Source of the DNA: an uncultured Actinomycetota bacterium
Lineage (GTDB): Bacteria; Actinomycetota; Actinomycetes; Propionibacteriales; Propionibacteriaceae
NCBI GenBank assembly: GCA_963727215.1
Contig: CAVSFR010000006.1
Location: 319,761 to 383,760, forward strand
Direction: 5' to 3'
Length of the DNA stretch: 64,000 bases
The position numbers and the translations under genes were made by a program. Shown here piece by piece: positions 17,217 to 26,553 of the stretch; position 1 is the first letter of the stretch, and each line of letters begins with the position of its first letter. The notes under the pieces were generated by a model. It worked only from the letters and a program-made list of their open reading frames with translations, ran no database searches and had not been told where the DNA came from.

Positions 17217-19418
17217 ATGCATCCCCTCGACGCCTTCACCCGCCGCTCCCTCTCCGACCTGTCAGCGCCGGTGGTTGCCCCGGCGACCACGGACGCTGAC
17301 AACTCGGTGGCGGGCGGGTGGTGGGAGGCGTTGTGGGGGGCGCAGGTGACCAGCCGGCACCTGGACTTCGTGGCCCGCGAGCTGCAGGCCGAGGGCGAGG
17401 GCTTCTACACGATCGGCTCGGCCGGGCACGAGGCGAACGCCCTGGTGGCGGCCGCGCTGCGGCCGAGCGACCCGGCCTTGCTGCACTACCGCTCCGGCGC
17501 CTTCTACGTGGCGCGCGCGGCGCAGGTCCCCGGCAGCACGCCGGTGCGCGACGTGCTGCAGGGGCTGATGGGGCTGGCCGACGAGCCGATCGCGGGCGGC
17601 CGGCACAAGGTGTTCGGCCACGCCGGTCTGGGCGTGATCCCGCAGACCTCGACGATCTCCTCCCACCTGCCGCGCGCGGTCGGCCTCGCCCTGGCCCTGC
17701 ACCGGGCCTACCGGCTGGGCGTCGCCTGCCCCTGGCCCGCCGACGCCGTGGTGGTCTGCTCCTTCGGTGACGCCTCGGCCAACCACTCGACCGCGGCCGG
17801 GGCCGTCAACACCGCCCTGAACGCCGCGTACCGGGGGCTGCCGGTCCCGCTGCTGCTGGTCTGCGAGGACAACGGCTACGGCATCTCGGTGCCGACGCCG
17901 GGCGGCTGGATCGAGGCCGCGTACGGCTCCCGGCCCGGTCTGGACTACGTGGCCGCGGACAGCTCCGACCCCGCCACCGCCCGCGCCGCCGCCGCCGCTG
18001 CGGTCGAGACCGTGCGGACGGCGCGCCGGCCCGTCTTCCTGCACCTGCGGACGGTTCGCTTCCTCGGCCACGCCGGCAGCGACGCGGAGGTCACCTACCG
18101 GACACCACGCACGATCGAGTCCGACTACGGTCGCGACCCCCTGCTGGCCACCGCCCGGGTGCTGGCCGTCGCCGGCCTGTCCGGCGCCGAGCTGCTGCGG
18201 CGCTACCTGGAGCTCCGCGCCGAGGTGGACGCCGAGGTCGTACGGCTGCGCGGCGGCGCCCGGCTCACCTCGGCCCCCCAGGTGATGGCCCCGCTCGCCC
18301 CGCGCCGTCCCGACCTGGTCGCCGAGCACGTCCGGAGCGCCTCGACGGCGGCATCGGAGGTCGCGTCGGAAACTCGTGGCGCCACCAGCAGGACGCTCGC
18401 GGAGTCCATCAACGCCACCTTGGCCGAGCTGCTGGCCGCGGACCGGCGAGTGCTGGTGTTCGGCGAGGACGTCGGCATCAAGGGCGGGGTGTACGGGGTG
18501 ACCGGCGGACTGGCGCGCCGCTTCGGCAGCGCCCGCGTCTTCGACACCGTGCTGGACGAGCAGTCGATCCTCGGCCTGGCTCTCGGCGCTGGGCTGGCCG
18601 GACTGGTCCCGGTGCCCGAGATCCAGTACCTGGCGTACCTGCACAACGCCGAGGACCAGCTGCGCGGCGAGGCCGCCACCCTGTCGTTCTTCTCCTCGGG
18701 AGCGTTCCGCAACCCGCTGGTGGTGCGGGTCGCCGGCCTGGCCTACCAACGCGGCTTCGGCGGCCACTTCCACAACGACAACGCCCTCGGCGTGCTCCGC
18801 GACATCCCCGGTCTGGTGCTCGCCTGCCCGAGCCGGGGCGACGACGCGGCCGCCATGCTGCGGACCTGCGTCGCAGCCGCGGCCACCGACGGCACGGTCG
18901 CGGTGTTCCTCGAGCCCATCGCGCTCTACCACCGCCGCGACCTGCACGAGGCCGGCGACGGCGGCTGGCTGACCGGCGACGAGGCCGGTCACGTACCCCT
19001 CAGCTCCGCCCGGCTGCACCCGGCACCCGGCACCCAGACCCCGGACCTGGTGCTGGTCACCTTCGGCAACGGCGTCCCGATGAGCCTGCGGGTGGCCCGT
19101 CGGCTGGCGGGTCAGGGTGTGGCCGCGGCCGTGCTGGACCTGCGCTGGCTGAGCCCGCTGCCGGTCGCGGACGTCCTCGCTGCGGCCTCGACCGCCGGCC
19201 GGGTGCTGGTGGTCGACGAGACCCGGCACAGTGGTGGCGTCGGCGAGGGCGTCGTGACCGCGCTGGTCGAGCACGGCTTCTCCGGACCGGTGGCCCGGGT
19301 GAGCAGCGCCGACTCGCTGGTCCCGCTGGGTGCGGCCGCCCAGCACGTGCTGCTGGGCGAGGACGAGATCGAACGTGCCGCCATCGCGGTGGCGGCCAAG
19401 GAGAGGGAGAGACGATGA
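17217..19418 (+). CDS. Fused alpha/beta TPP-dependent 2-oxoacid dehydrogenase E1
   Basis: YTIGSAGHE, TPP motif FGDAS...EDNGYGIS, GHAGSD, beta-domain FGEDVGIKGGVYGVT, FDTVLDEQ, EIQYLAYLHNA. Confidence 0.88.
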   Translation: MHPLDAFTRRSLSDLSAPVVAPATTDADNSVAGGWWEALWGAQVTSRHLDFVARELQAEGEGFYTIGSAGHEANALVAAALRPSDPALLHYRSGAFYVARAAQVPGSTPVRDVLQGLMGLADEPIAGGRHKVFGHAGLGVIPQTSTISSHLPRAVGLALALHRAYRLGVACPWPADAVVVCSFGDASANHSTAAGAVNTALNAAYRGLPVPLLLVCEDNGYGISVPTPGGWIEAAYGSRPGLDYVAADSSDPATARAAAAAAVETVRTARRPVFLHLRTVRFLGHAGSDAEVTYRTPRTIESDYGRDPLLATARVLAVAGLSGAELLRRYLELRAEVDAEVVRLRGGARLTSAPQVMAPLAPRRPDLVAEHVRSASTAASEVASETRGATSRTLAESINATLAELLAADRRVLVFGEDVGIKGGVYGVTGGLARRFGSARVFDTVLDEQSILGLALGAGLAGLVPVPEIQYLAYLHNAEDQLRGEAATLSFFSSGAFRNPLVVRVAGLAYQRGFGGHFHNDNALGVLRDIPGLVLACPSRGDDAAAMLRTCVAAAATDGTVAVFLEPIALYHRRDLHEAGDGGWLTGDEAGHVPLSSARLHPAPGTQTPDLVLVTFGNGVPMSLRVARRLAGQGVAAAVLDLRWLSPLPVADVLAAASTAGRVLVVDETRHSGGVGEGVVTALVEHGFSGPVARVSSADSLVPLGAAAQHVLLGEDEIERAAIAVAAKERERR
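17254..17307. repeat. 54-bp palindromic element (CAGCG subtype), in frame inside the E1 CDS
   Basis: CCGACCTGTCAGCGC-CGGTGGTTGCCCCGGCGACCACGG-ACGCTGACAACTCGG; same length, arms and interior motif as 55042-55095. Confidence 0.85.
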
Positions 19419-20611
19419 CCGGCACGGCACCCCTGGAGCTGCTCGGGATCGAGCACCTGCTCAGCGAGGACGAGCGCGACGTGCAGGCCGCCGTTCGCGA
19501 CTTCGTGACCGGGCGGGTCAAGCCCAACGTGGCCGGCTGGTTCGAGCGCGGCGAGATCGACCTCGGCCTGATGAAGGAGGCCGGCTCGCTCGGCCTGCTG
19601 GGGATGCACCTGACCGGATACGGCTGCGCCGGCACCAACGCGGTCTCCTACGGCCTGGCCTGCCTGGAGCTCGAGGCCGGCGACTCCGGCGTCCGCAGCA
19701 TGGTCTCGGTCCAGGGCTCACTGGCCATGTACGCCATCCACGCCTTCGGCAGCGAGGAGCAGAAGCAGACCTGGCTGCCGGGCATGGCCGCGGGGGAGCT
19801 CGTCGGCTGCTTCGGCCTGACCGAGCCCGACCACGGCTCGAACCCGGCCGGGATGCGCACCCGGGCCCGCCGCGACGGTGACGGCTGGCGGCTGGACGGC
19901 GCCAAGATGTGGATCACCAACGGCTCGGTCGCCGACGTGGCCGTGGTCTGGGCGCGGGTGGAAGGTGATGGGGCCGACCCGGACGCGGGGGGCAAGGGCA
20001 TCCGCGGGTTCGTCGTCCCCACCCGGACGCCCGGCTTCTCCGCCCCCACCATCGGGCACAAGCTCTCGTTGCGCGCCTCGGTCACCTCCGAGCTGGTGCT
20101 GGAGGACGTCCGGTTGCCCGCCGACGCCGTGCTGCCCGGGGTCACCGGGATGCGCGGTCCCCTGTCCTGCCTGAACGAGGCGCGCTTCGGGATCGTCTTC
20201 GGGGCCCTCGGCGCGGCCCGCGACTGCCTCGAGTCCGCCCTCGACTACGCCGCCACCCGCGAGGTCTTCGACCGGCCGCTCGCGTCGTTCCAGCTCACCC
20301 AGGCCAAGCTCGCCGACATGGCGCTGGAGCTGCAGAAGGGTTTCCTGCTGGCCCTGCACCTCGGCCGGCTCAAGGACGCCGGCCAGCTACAGCCGCGGCA
20401 GATCAGCCTCGGCAAGCTCAACAACGTGCGCGAGGCCCTGGCCATCGCCCGCGAGTGCCGCACGATCCTGGGCGCCAACGGCATCACGCTCGACTACCCG
20501 GTGATGCGTCACGCCAACAACCTCGAGTCCGTCCTGACCTACGAGGGCACCTCCGAGGTGCATCAGCTGGTCATCGGCCAGGCCCTCACCGGCGAGAACG
20601 CCTTCAGCTGA
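19415..20611 (+). CDS. gcdH: Acyl-CoA dehydrogenase, glutaryl-CoA dehydrogenase-like
   Basis: ELEAGDSGVRSMVSVQGSL, FGLTEPDHGSNP, KMWITNG, CLNEARFGI, NLESVLTYEGTSEVH. Confidence 0.82.
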   Translation: MTGTAPLELLGIEHLLSEDERDVQAAVRDFVTGRVKPNVAGWFERGEIDLGLMKEAGSLGLLGMHLTGYGCAGTNAVSYGLACLELEAGDSGVRSMVSVQGSLAMYAIHAFGSEEQKQTWLPGMAAGELVGCFGLTEPDHGSNPAGMRTRARRDGDGWRLDGAKMWITNGSVADVAVVWARVEGDGADPDAGGKGIRGFVVPTRTPGFSAPTIGHKLSLRASVTSELVLEDVRLPADAVLPGVTGMRGPLSCLNEARFGIVFGALGAARDCLESALDYAATREVFDRPLASFQLTQAKLADMALELQKGFLLALHLGRLKDAGQLQPRQISLGKLNNVREALAIARECRTILGANGITLDYPVMRHANNLESVLTYEGTSEVHQLVIGQALTGENAFS

Positions 20612-20640
20612 GCCTGACCCGGACGCATAGGATCGCAGCC

Positions 20641-21633
20641 ATGACCGCCGCGACGACGAAGCCTCCGGTCGCCGAACCGGCTGCTGCGGTCCGGCTGCCC
20701 TCGCATCTGCTGGACGCGACGGTGGACGAGTCGGCGCTGCGTCGATTCCTGGCCGGCCTGCCCGGCATCGACCCGGTCGGGCTGGAGCGACGGGCCGCGC
20801 AGCTGGCCACCCGCTCGCTGAAGCAGGAGACCAAGCGTGGGCTGATCGACCTCGCCCTCTCGATGGTCGACCTGACCACCCTGGAGGGCGCAGACACGCC
20901 CGCCAAGGTGCGGAACCTGGCCCGCAAGGCACTGCTCCCGGACCCGGACCATCCCGACACGCCCCGTCCCGCGGCCGTCTGCGTCTACCCCGACCTGGCC
21001 AGGGTGGCGGTGGCGGAGCTTCGCGGCAGCGGAGTCCGGGTGGCCGCGGTGGCCACGGCCTTCCCGTCGGGCCGCTCCACCCTGGCGGTCAAGCTCGCCG
21101 ACGTCGCCCTGGCGGTGGAGTCGGGCGCGGACGAGGTCGACATGGTGATCGACCGCGGCGCCTTCCTGTCCGGGCACTACGGCGTCGTCCTCGAGCAGAT
21201 CCAGGCGGTCAAGCAGGCCTGCGGCTCCGCCCGGCTGAAGGTCATCCTCGAGACCGGCGAGCTCGGCACCTACGACCACGTCCGCCGGGCGGCCTGGCTC
21301 GCCCTGCTGGCCGGCGGCGACTTCGTCAAGACCTCGACCGGCAAGGTCTCCCCCGCGGCGACGCTGCCGGTGACCCAGGTGCTGCTGCAGGCCGTCCGCG
21401 ACTGGTACGCGGCCACCGGCGAGCAGCGCGGGGTGAAGCCGGCCGGCGGGATCCGCACGGCCAAGGACGCGCTGCGGCACCTGGTGGCCGTCCGCGAGGT
21501 CGCCGGCCCGGAGTGGCTGGACCCCCACTGGTTCCGCTTCGGCGCCTCGTCGGTGCTCAACGACCTGGTCCGGCAGCGCCGGGCCCAGGCTGATGGCCAC
21601 TACACCGGCACCGACCACGTGACCCTCGACTGA
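20641..21633 (+). CDS. deoC: Deoxyribose-phosphate aldolase
   Basis: DLTTLEG, VATAFPSG, EVDMVIDRG, LKVILETGEL, FVKTSTGK, GVKPAGGIRT, RFGASS. Confidence 0.93.
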   Translation: MTAATTKPPVAEPAAAVRLPSHLLDATVDESALRRFLAGLPGIDPVGLERRAAQLATRSLKQETKRGLIDLALSMVDLTTLEGADTPAKVRNLARKALLPDPDHPDTPRPAAVCVYPDLARVAVAELRGSGVRVAAVATAFPSGRSTLAVKLADVALAVESGADEVDMVIDRGAFLSGHYGVVLEQIQAVKQACGSARLKVILETGELGTYDHVRRAAWLALLAGGDFVKTSTGKVSPAATLPVTQVLLQAVRDWYAATGEQRGVKPAGGIRTAKDALRHLVAVREVAGPEWLDPHWFRFGASSVLNDLVRQRRAQADGHYTGTDHVTLD

Positions 21634-21665
21634 CAGGTGTCCAGACCCATGAGCAGACGAGACCG

Positions 21666-23153
21666 ATGAGCACGAACCTGGCCGACCCCGCCGCTTGGGA
21701 CTACGCCCCTGCGCCCGAGTCACGGGCGATCGGCCACCTCAAGGACCGCTACCTCCCCTTCGTCGACGGCGTCTTCGTCGAGGGCGGCGGCCCCGACCTG
21801 GAGAGCATCGAGCCCGGGACGGGCGAGCGCCTGGCTTCGGTCTCCACCGTGGACGCCGCGGGCATCGACCACGCCGTGGCGGTGGCGCGGCGGGCCCAGA
21901 CCGAGGTCTGGGGCCGGATGCGTGGGGCGGAGCGCGGGACCTATCTGTTCCGGATCGCCCGCGGGATCGCCGAGCGCGCCCGCGAGCTGGCCGTGGTGGA
22001 GACCCTCGACAACGGCAAGCCCATCCGCGAGAGCCGGGACTTCGACGTGCCCGCCGCCGCGCAGCACTTCTTCTCCCACGCCGGCTGGGCCGACAAGCTG
22101 CAGCACCTGGGCCTCGGGCCGGTGCCGCAGCCGTTGGGCGTCGCGGGCCAGGTCATCCCGTGGAACTTCCCGCTGCTGATGGCGGCCTGGAAGATCGCGC
22201 CCGCGCTCGCGGCCGGCAACACCGTGGTGATCAAGCCGGCCGAGACCACGTCGCTCTCGATCTTGGTCCTGGCCGAGATCATCGCCGATGCCGGCCTGCC
22301 GCCGGGGGTGGTCAACATCATCCCGGGGGCCGGTGACGTGGGCGCCCAGCTGCTGGCCCACCCGGGCCTGGACAAGGTGGCCTTCACCGGATCGACCTCG
22401 GTCGGGCGCGGCATCGCCCGATCCCTCGCCGGGACCGGCCGTCGGGTCACCCTCGAGCTGGGCGGCAAGGGCGCCAACATCGTGTTCGACGACGCCGCGC
22501 TCGACCAGGCCGTCGAGGGTGTGGTGGACGGGATCTTCTTCAACCAGGGCCAGGTCTGCTGCGCCGGCTCCCGGCTGCTGCTGCAGGAGCCGATCGCCGA
22601 GGAGTTCCTGGCCCGGCTCAAGCGGCGGGTGGCCACGCTGCGGGTCGGGGACCCGATGGACAAGAACACCGACGTCGGCGCGGTCAACTCCGCAACCCAG
22701 CTCGAGCGGATCCAGACCCTGCTCGCGGCCGGCGAGGCCGAGGGAGCGCACAGCTGGACGGCACCCGGATCGCTGCCGAGCGGCGGCTACTACGTTGCTC
22801 CCACCATCTTCACCGCGGCGACCGCCTCGATGCGGGTGGCCCGGGAGGAGATCTTCGGTCCGGTGCTGACCACGATGACCTTCCGGACGCCGGACGAGGC
22901 CGTCGCCAAGGCCAACAACACTCCGTACGGGCTGTCGGCCGGCGTCTGGACCGAGAAGGGCTCCCGCGCCATGGCCATGGCCGCCGCGCTGCGGGCGGGC
23001 ACCGTCTGGGACAACAGCTTCAACCGCTTCGACCCGACCGCGAGCTTCGGCGGTTACGGCGAGTCCGGCTACGGCCGCGAAGGCGGACCCTCGGGGATGG
23101 CGGCCTACCTGAGGCCCGACGAGCGACCCTACGACGAGGAGTCGAGCCGATGA
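21666..23153 (+). CDS. Aldehyde dehydrogenase (catalytic subunit)
   Basis: ETLDNGKP, IPWNFP, FTGST, LELGGK, NQGQVCCAG, EEIFGP, GREGG. Confidence 0.92.
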   Translation: MSTNLADPAAWDYAPAPESRAIGHLKDRYLPFVDGVFVEGGGPDLESIEPGTGERLASVSTVDAAGIDHAVAVARRAQTEVWGRMRGAERGTYLFRIARGIAERARELAVVETLDNGKPIRESRDFDVPAAAQHFFSHAGWADKLQHLGLGPVPQPLGVAGQVIPWNFPLLMAAWKIAPALAAGNTVVIKPAETTSLSILVLAEIIADAGLPPGVVNIIPGAGDVGAQLLAHPGLDKVAFTGSTSVGRGIARSLAGTGRRVTLELGGKGANIVFDDAALDQAVEGVVDGIFFNQGQVCCAGSRLLLQEPIAEEFLARLKRRVATLRVGDPMDKNTDVGAVNSATQLERIQTLLAAGEAEGAHSWTAPGSLPSGGYYVAPTIFTAATASMRVAREEIFGPVLTTMTFRTPDEAVAKANNTPYGLSAGVWTEKGSRAMAMAAALRAGTVWDNSFNRFDPTASFGGYGESGYGREGGPSGMAAYLRPDERPYDEESSR

Positions 23154-24037
23154 GCCGTCCCGCGGTCACCAAGACCTACAAGCTCTACGTCGGCGGGGCC
23201 TTCCCCCGCTCGGAGTCGGGCCGGACCTATCCGGTGCACACCGCCGACGGCGCGTTCTGGGCCAACGCGGCGCAGGGCTCCCGCAAGGACGCCCGGGATG
23301 CCGTCACCGCGGCCCGCGCGGGCAGCCGCGGCTGGTCGGCCGCCACCCCGTACCTGCGCGGTCAGGTCATCTACCGGGCGGCGGAGATGCTCGAGGGCCG
23401 CCGCGCCCAGTTCGTCGAGCTCCTCGGGCTGGGCTCCGGAGCGGACGCGGCCACGGCCGGCGCCGAGGTCGACGCCGCCGTCGACCGCCTCGTGCACTAC
23501 GCCGGCTGGACCGACAAGCTCAGCCCCGTCCTCGGCAGCGCCAACGCCGTCTCCGGCCCCTACTTCTCCTACTCCGCCCCCGAGCCGATGGGCGTGGTCG
23601 CCGTCCTGGCCCCGGCCGGTGCGCCGCTGCTCGGCCTGGTCTCGGTCCTCGCGCCGCTGATGGCCACCGGCAACGCGTCCGTGGTGCTCGTCCCCGCGGC
23701 CGACGCGTGCACGGCGATCACCTTCGCCGAGGTTCTCGCGACCTCCGACGTCCCGGCCGGGGTCGTCAACCTGCTCACCGGACGACCGGCCGAGATGGCC
23801 CCGCACCTGGCGGCCCACGGCGACGTCGCCGCACTGGACCTCACCGGCGCTGACCCCGAGCAGCGCGTCGAGCTGGAGCAGGCGGCGGCCGAGACCCTCA
23901 AGCGCGTCTACGCCCCCGCCACACCGGTGGACCTCGGGGCCGATCCGGGCCTGGCGCGGCTCCGGGCCTTCACCGAGATCAAGACGGTCTGGCACCCCAC
24001 CGGGGCACTGTCACTGGCCGGCGGCGGATCGTACTGA
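23150..24037 (+). CDS. Short aldehyde dehydrogenase-family protein lacking the catalytic domain
   Basis: 295 aa; NAD-binding-like region and C-terminal TEIKTVWHP arm, no ELGGK or catalytic Cys; ATGA overlap. Confidence 0.82.
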   Translation: MSRPAVTKTYKLYVGGAFPRSESGRTYPVHTADGAFWANAAQGSRKDARDAVTAARAGSRGWSAATPYLRGQVIYRAAEMLEGRRAQFVELLGLGSGADAATAGAEVDAAVDRLVHYAGWTDKLSPVLGSANAVSGPYFSYSAPEPMGVVAVLAPAGAPLLGLVSVLAPLMATGNASVVLVPAADACTAITFAEVLATSDVPAGVVNLLTGRPAEMAPHLAAHGDVAALDLTGADPEQRVELEQAAAETLKRVYAPATPVDLGADPGLARLRAFTEIKTVWHPTGALSLAGGGSY

Positions 24038-24038
24038 C

Positions 24039-24692
24039 GTGAGTCGGATGGTGCTGCTCGCCGGAGCCTCGGGCAGCGGCAAGTCACGGCTGGCCGCGGC
24101 CGCGGGCTGCCCGCGCCTCAACCTGGACGACTTCTACCGCGACCTCGACCATCCCGGAATGCCACGTCTTCGATCTGGCGGAAAGGCCCTGGGCACCGTC
24201 GACTGGGACCATCCGGGCTCGTGGAACCTCGAGGCAGCGCTGGCTGCGGCCGTCGCCTTGTGCCGCACGGGCCGCACGGACGTCCCCGTCTACGACATCG
24301 CCCGCAGCCGGCGGTACGGCGAGCAGCAGGTCGAGCTCGGAGGGCACGCCGTCTTCGTCGCCGAGGGCGTGTTCGCCCCCGAGCTGGTCGGCCCGGCTAG
24401 CGCCGCCGGGCTCGACGTGACCGCGCTCTACCTCGACCGTCCGCGGACCGCGAACCTGCTCCGGCGCTTCCTCCGCGACGTCGCCGAGCGCCGCAAGCCG
24501 CTGAGGTTGCTCGTGCGGCGGGGCTGGGCGCTCTGGCGGGAGGAGCCGACGATCCGGGCCCGGGCGCTGGCCGCGGGCTGCCGTCCCGTCTCGATGGGCT
24601 CGGCCCTGGCCGAGCTGCGGCCGGCTGAGGCGGCGCCTTCTCGACGGGGCCCCGGGGCCGGCAGAGCGGACCAGAAGACCGTCGACCTCTAA
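24039..24692 (+). CDS. Uridine kinase-like P-loop NTPase
   Basis: GASGSGKS Walker A, LDDFY, DWDHP, VAEGVF. Confidence 0.75.
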   Translation: MSRMVLLAGASGSGKSRLAAAAGCPRLNLDDFYRDLDHPGMPRLRSGGKALGTVDWDHPGSWNLEAALAAAVALCRTGRTDVPVYDIARSRRYGEQQVELGGHAVFVAEGVFAPELVGPASAAGLDVTALYLDRPRTANLLRRFLRDVAERRKPLRLLVRRGWALWREEPTIRARALAAGCRPVSMGSALAELRPAEAAPSRRGPGAGRADQKTVDL

Positions 24693-24868
24693 ATGTCGTG
24701 AATTGTCCACGTGAACGCAGAAATCAAGAGCAAATGGCATTGCCAGGGGTTTGGCGAGCATTGTTGATCTACCGTAATGTCACACGTGCTGAGGCGGCGC
24801 GCTGGCGGTTCCAGCGCAACACCTCGGCGCCGCCACGATAATTCCGCACGCCGAGGGGAAACCGTCAG

Positions 24869-26512
24869 ATGCCGCAAGACGAGTCCACACCTGCCGGCCG
24901 GGAGGCCGCGCGGCTGGGGCGTCTCGTCGAGTTCAACAGGTCCATCGTCGCTGAGCTCTCGCTCTCCATGGTGCTGCGTCGGGTGGTCGAGGCGGCAAGG
25001 GTGCTCGCGGACGCCCGCTTCGCCGCGCTCGGCGTCATCGGCGCCGACGGGGGCATCGAGCAGTTCGTCCACGAGGGCATGGACGAGGCCACCGTGCTCG
25101 CCATCGGCGACCTGCCCAAGGGGCGGGGTCTGCTCGGAGCAGTGAACGAGACCGCGGCTCCGATCCGGCTCCACTCGGTGACCGACGACGCGCGCAGCTC
25201 TGGGGTGCCGCTGGAGCACCCGCCCCTCACGGCCTTCCTGGGCGTCCCGGTCCGCACCGGTCGCACGATCTTCGGCAACCTCTACCTCGCCAACCCGATT
25301 CGCGGCGGCGCCTTCACCGTCGAGGACGAGAACCTGATGCGCTCGCTCGCGACCACCGCCGGAGTCGCCATCGCGAACGCCCGACTGCATACCGAGGCGA
25401 TGCAGCGGCACGAGTGGCTGCAGGTCTCCTTCGAGGTCAGCCAGCGGTTGATGGCCGAGGACGAGGACAGCATCACCATGCTGAGCGACCTCGCCCACTC
25501 GGCCCTGCGGGTGACGCGCTCGGACGGTGTCGTCGTGACCTTGCCTGTCCCTCGCTCGCCCGGCACCCTGGAGATCGTCGCGACCAGCGGCGACCGGGTC
25601 GACGAGCTCCGCGGGATCCGCTTCGACGCCGCCGGCAGCTTCGCCGGGGAGGCGATGGAGCGCGGCGAGCCTCTGGTGGTGAGAGACGCCCGGGAACGGT
25701 TGAAGGGCAGCGTGAACCTGCCGCTGCCGATGCTGATCAACCACATGATGGTCATCCCCCTGCTGGGCCGGGACACGGTGCGCGGCGCGATCACGGTCGG
25801 CCGGACGGCCGACGTCCCCTTCTCCGAAGCCGACAAGGAGCTGGCCCAGGCGTTCGCCGTGCAGGCCACCGTGGCGTTGGAAATGGCCGACGCCCGCGCA
25901 GACCAGAACCGGATCGCCCTGCTCGAGGAGCGGGCCCGGACCGCGCACAACCTGCACGACAACGTGGTCCAGCGGCTTTTCGCCGCCGGGCTGACCATCC
26001 AGGGGGCGGCGAGCCTCTCCTGCGACCCGGCCGTCCGCGAGCAGCTGGCCGCAGCGGTGGAAAACCTCGACGGGACCATCCGGACGCTACGAAACTCGAT
26101 CTTCGACATCCAGCCGGAGACGGCGGCCGTAGCAGCGTTTCCCAGCCGCATCCTCGGCGTCGTCGTCGAGCTGACGGCGACCCTCGGCTTCACTCCGGCG
26201 CTCGAGCTGGACGGTCCGGTCGAGGATGTGGCCGAGGGGGACATGGCCGACGCAGCCGAGTCGGCCGTGCGGGCCGCGCTGACCGAGGTGGCCCGGCACG
26301 CCTGTGCCACGCGGGCACGCGTGGAGGTCTCTTCCGACGGTCGTGTCCTGACCATCGTGGTGACCGACGACGGGTCCGTGCCGCTGGCTGAGCGACCGCG
26401 GCAAGGACGCGACGAGCTGCAGGAGCAGGCGGAGACCCGCTCCGGGGCGATGGCGGTCACCGACTGCGAGAGCGGCGGCGTCCAGCTCCTCTGGACCGCC
26501 CCGCTGGTCTGA
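24869..26512 (+). CDS. DosS/DosT-like double-GAF HisKA_3 sensor protein with degenerate ATPase domain
   Basis: GAF GVIG..GLLG..HPPLTAFLGVPV..GNLYL; H-box ERARTAHNLHDNVVQRLFA; C-terminal LWTAPL. Confidence 0.85.
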   Translation: MPQDESTPAGREAARLGRLVEFNRSIVAELSLSMVLRRVVEAARVLADARFAALGVIGADGGIEQFVHEGMDEATVLAIGDLPKGRGLLGAVNETAAPIRLHSVTDDARSSGVPLEHPPLTAFLGVPVRTGRTIFGNLYLANPIRGGAFTVEDENLMRSLATTAGVAIANARLHTEAMQRHEWLQVSFEVSQRLMAEDEDSITMLSDLAHSALRVTRSDGVVVTLPVPRSPGTLEIVATSGDRVDELRGIRFDAAGSFAGEAMERGEPLVVRDARERLKGSVNLPLPMLINHMMVIPLLGRDTVRGAITVGRTADVPFSEADKELAQAFAVQATVALEMADARADQNRIALLEERARTAHNLHDNVVQRLFAAGLTIQGAASLSCDPAVREQLAAAVENLDGTIRTLRNSIFDIQPETAAVAAFPSRILGVVVELTATLGFTPALELDGPVEDVAEGDMADAAESAVRAALTEVARHACATRARVEVSSDGRVLTIVVTDDGSVPLAERPRQGRDELQEQAETRSGAMAVTDCESGGVQLLWTAPLV

Positions 26513-26553
26513 CCGCGCCCGAGCCGACCGGTCTTGGCACAGCTGGGCCGGGC

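Noticed and set aside
24693-24800. CRP/GlxR or DosR site in the AT-rich leader of the sensor gene
   Set aside because: Only a TCACA half site; no properly spaced TGTGA-N6-TCACA or convincing DosR palindrome
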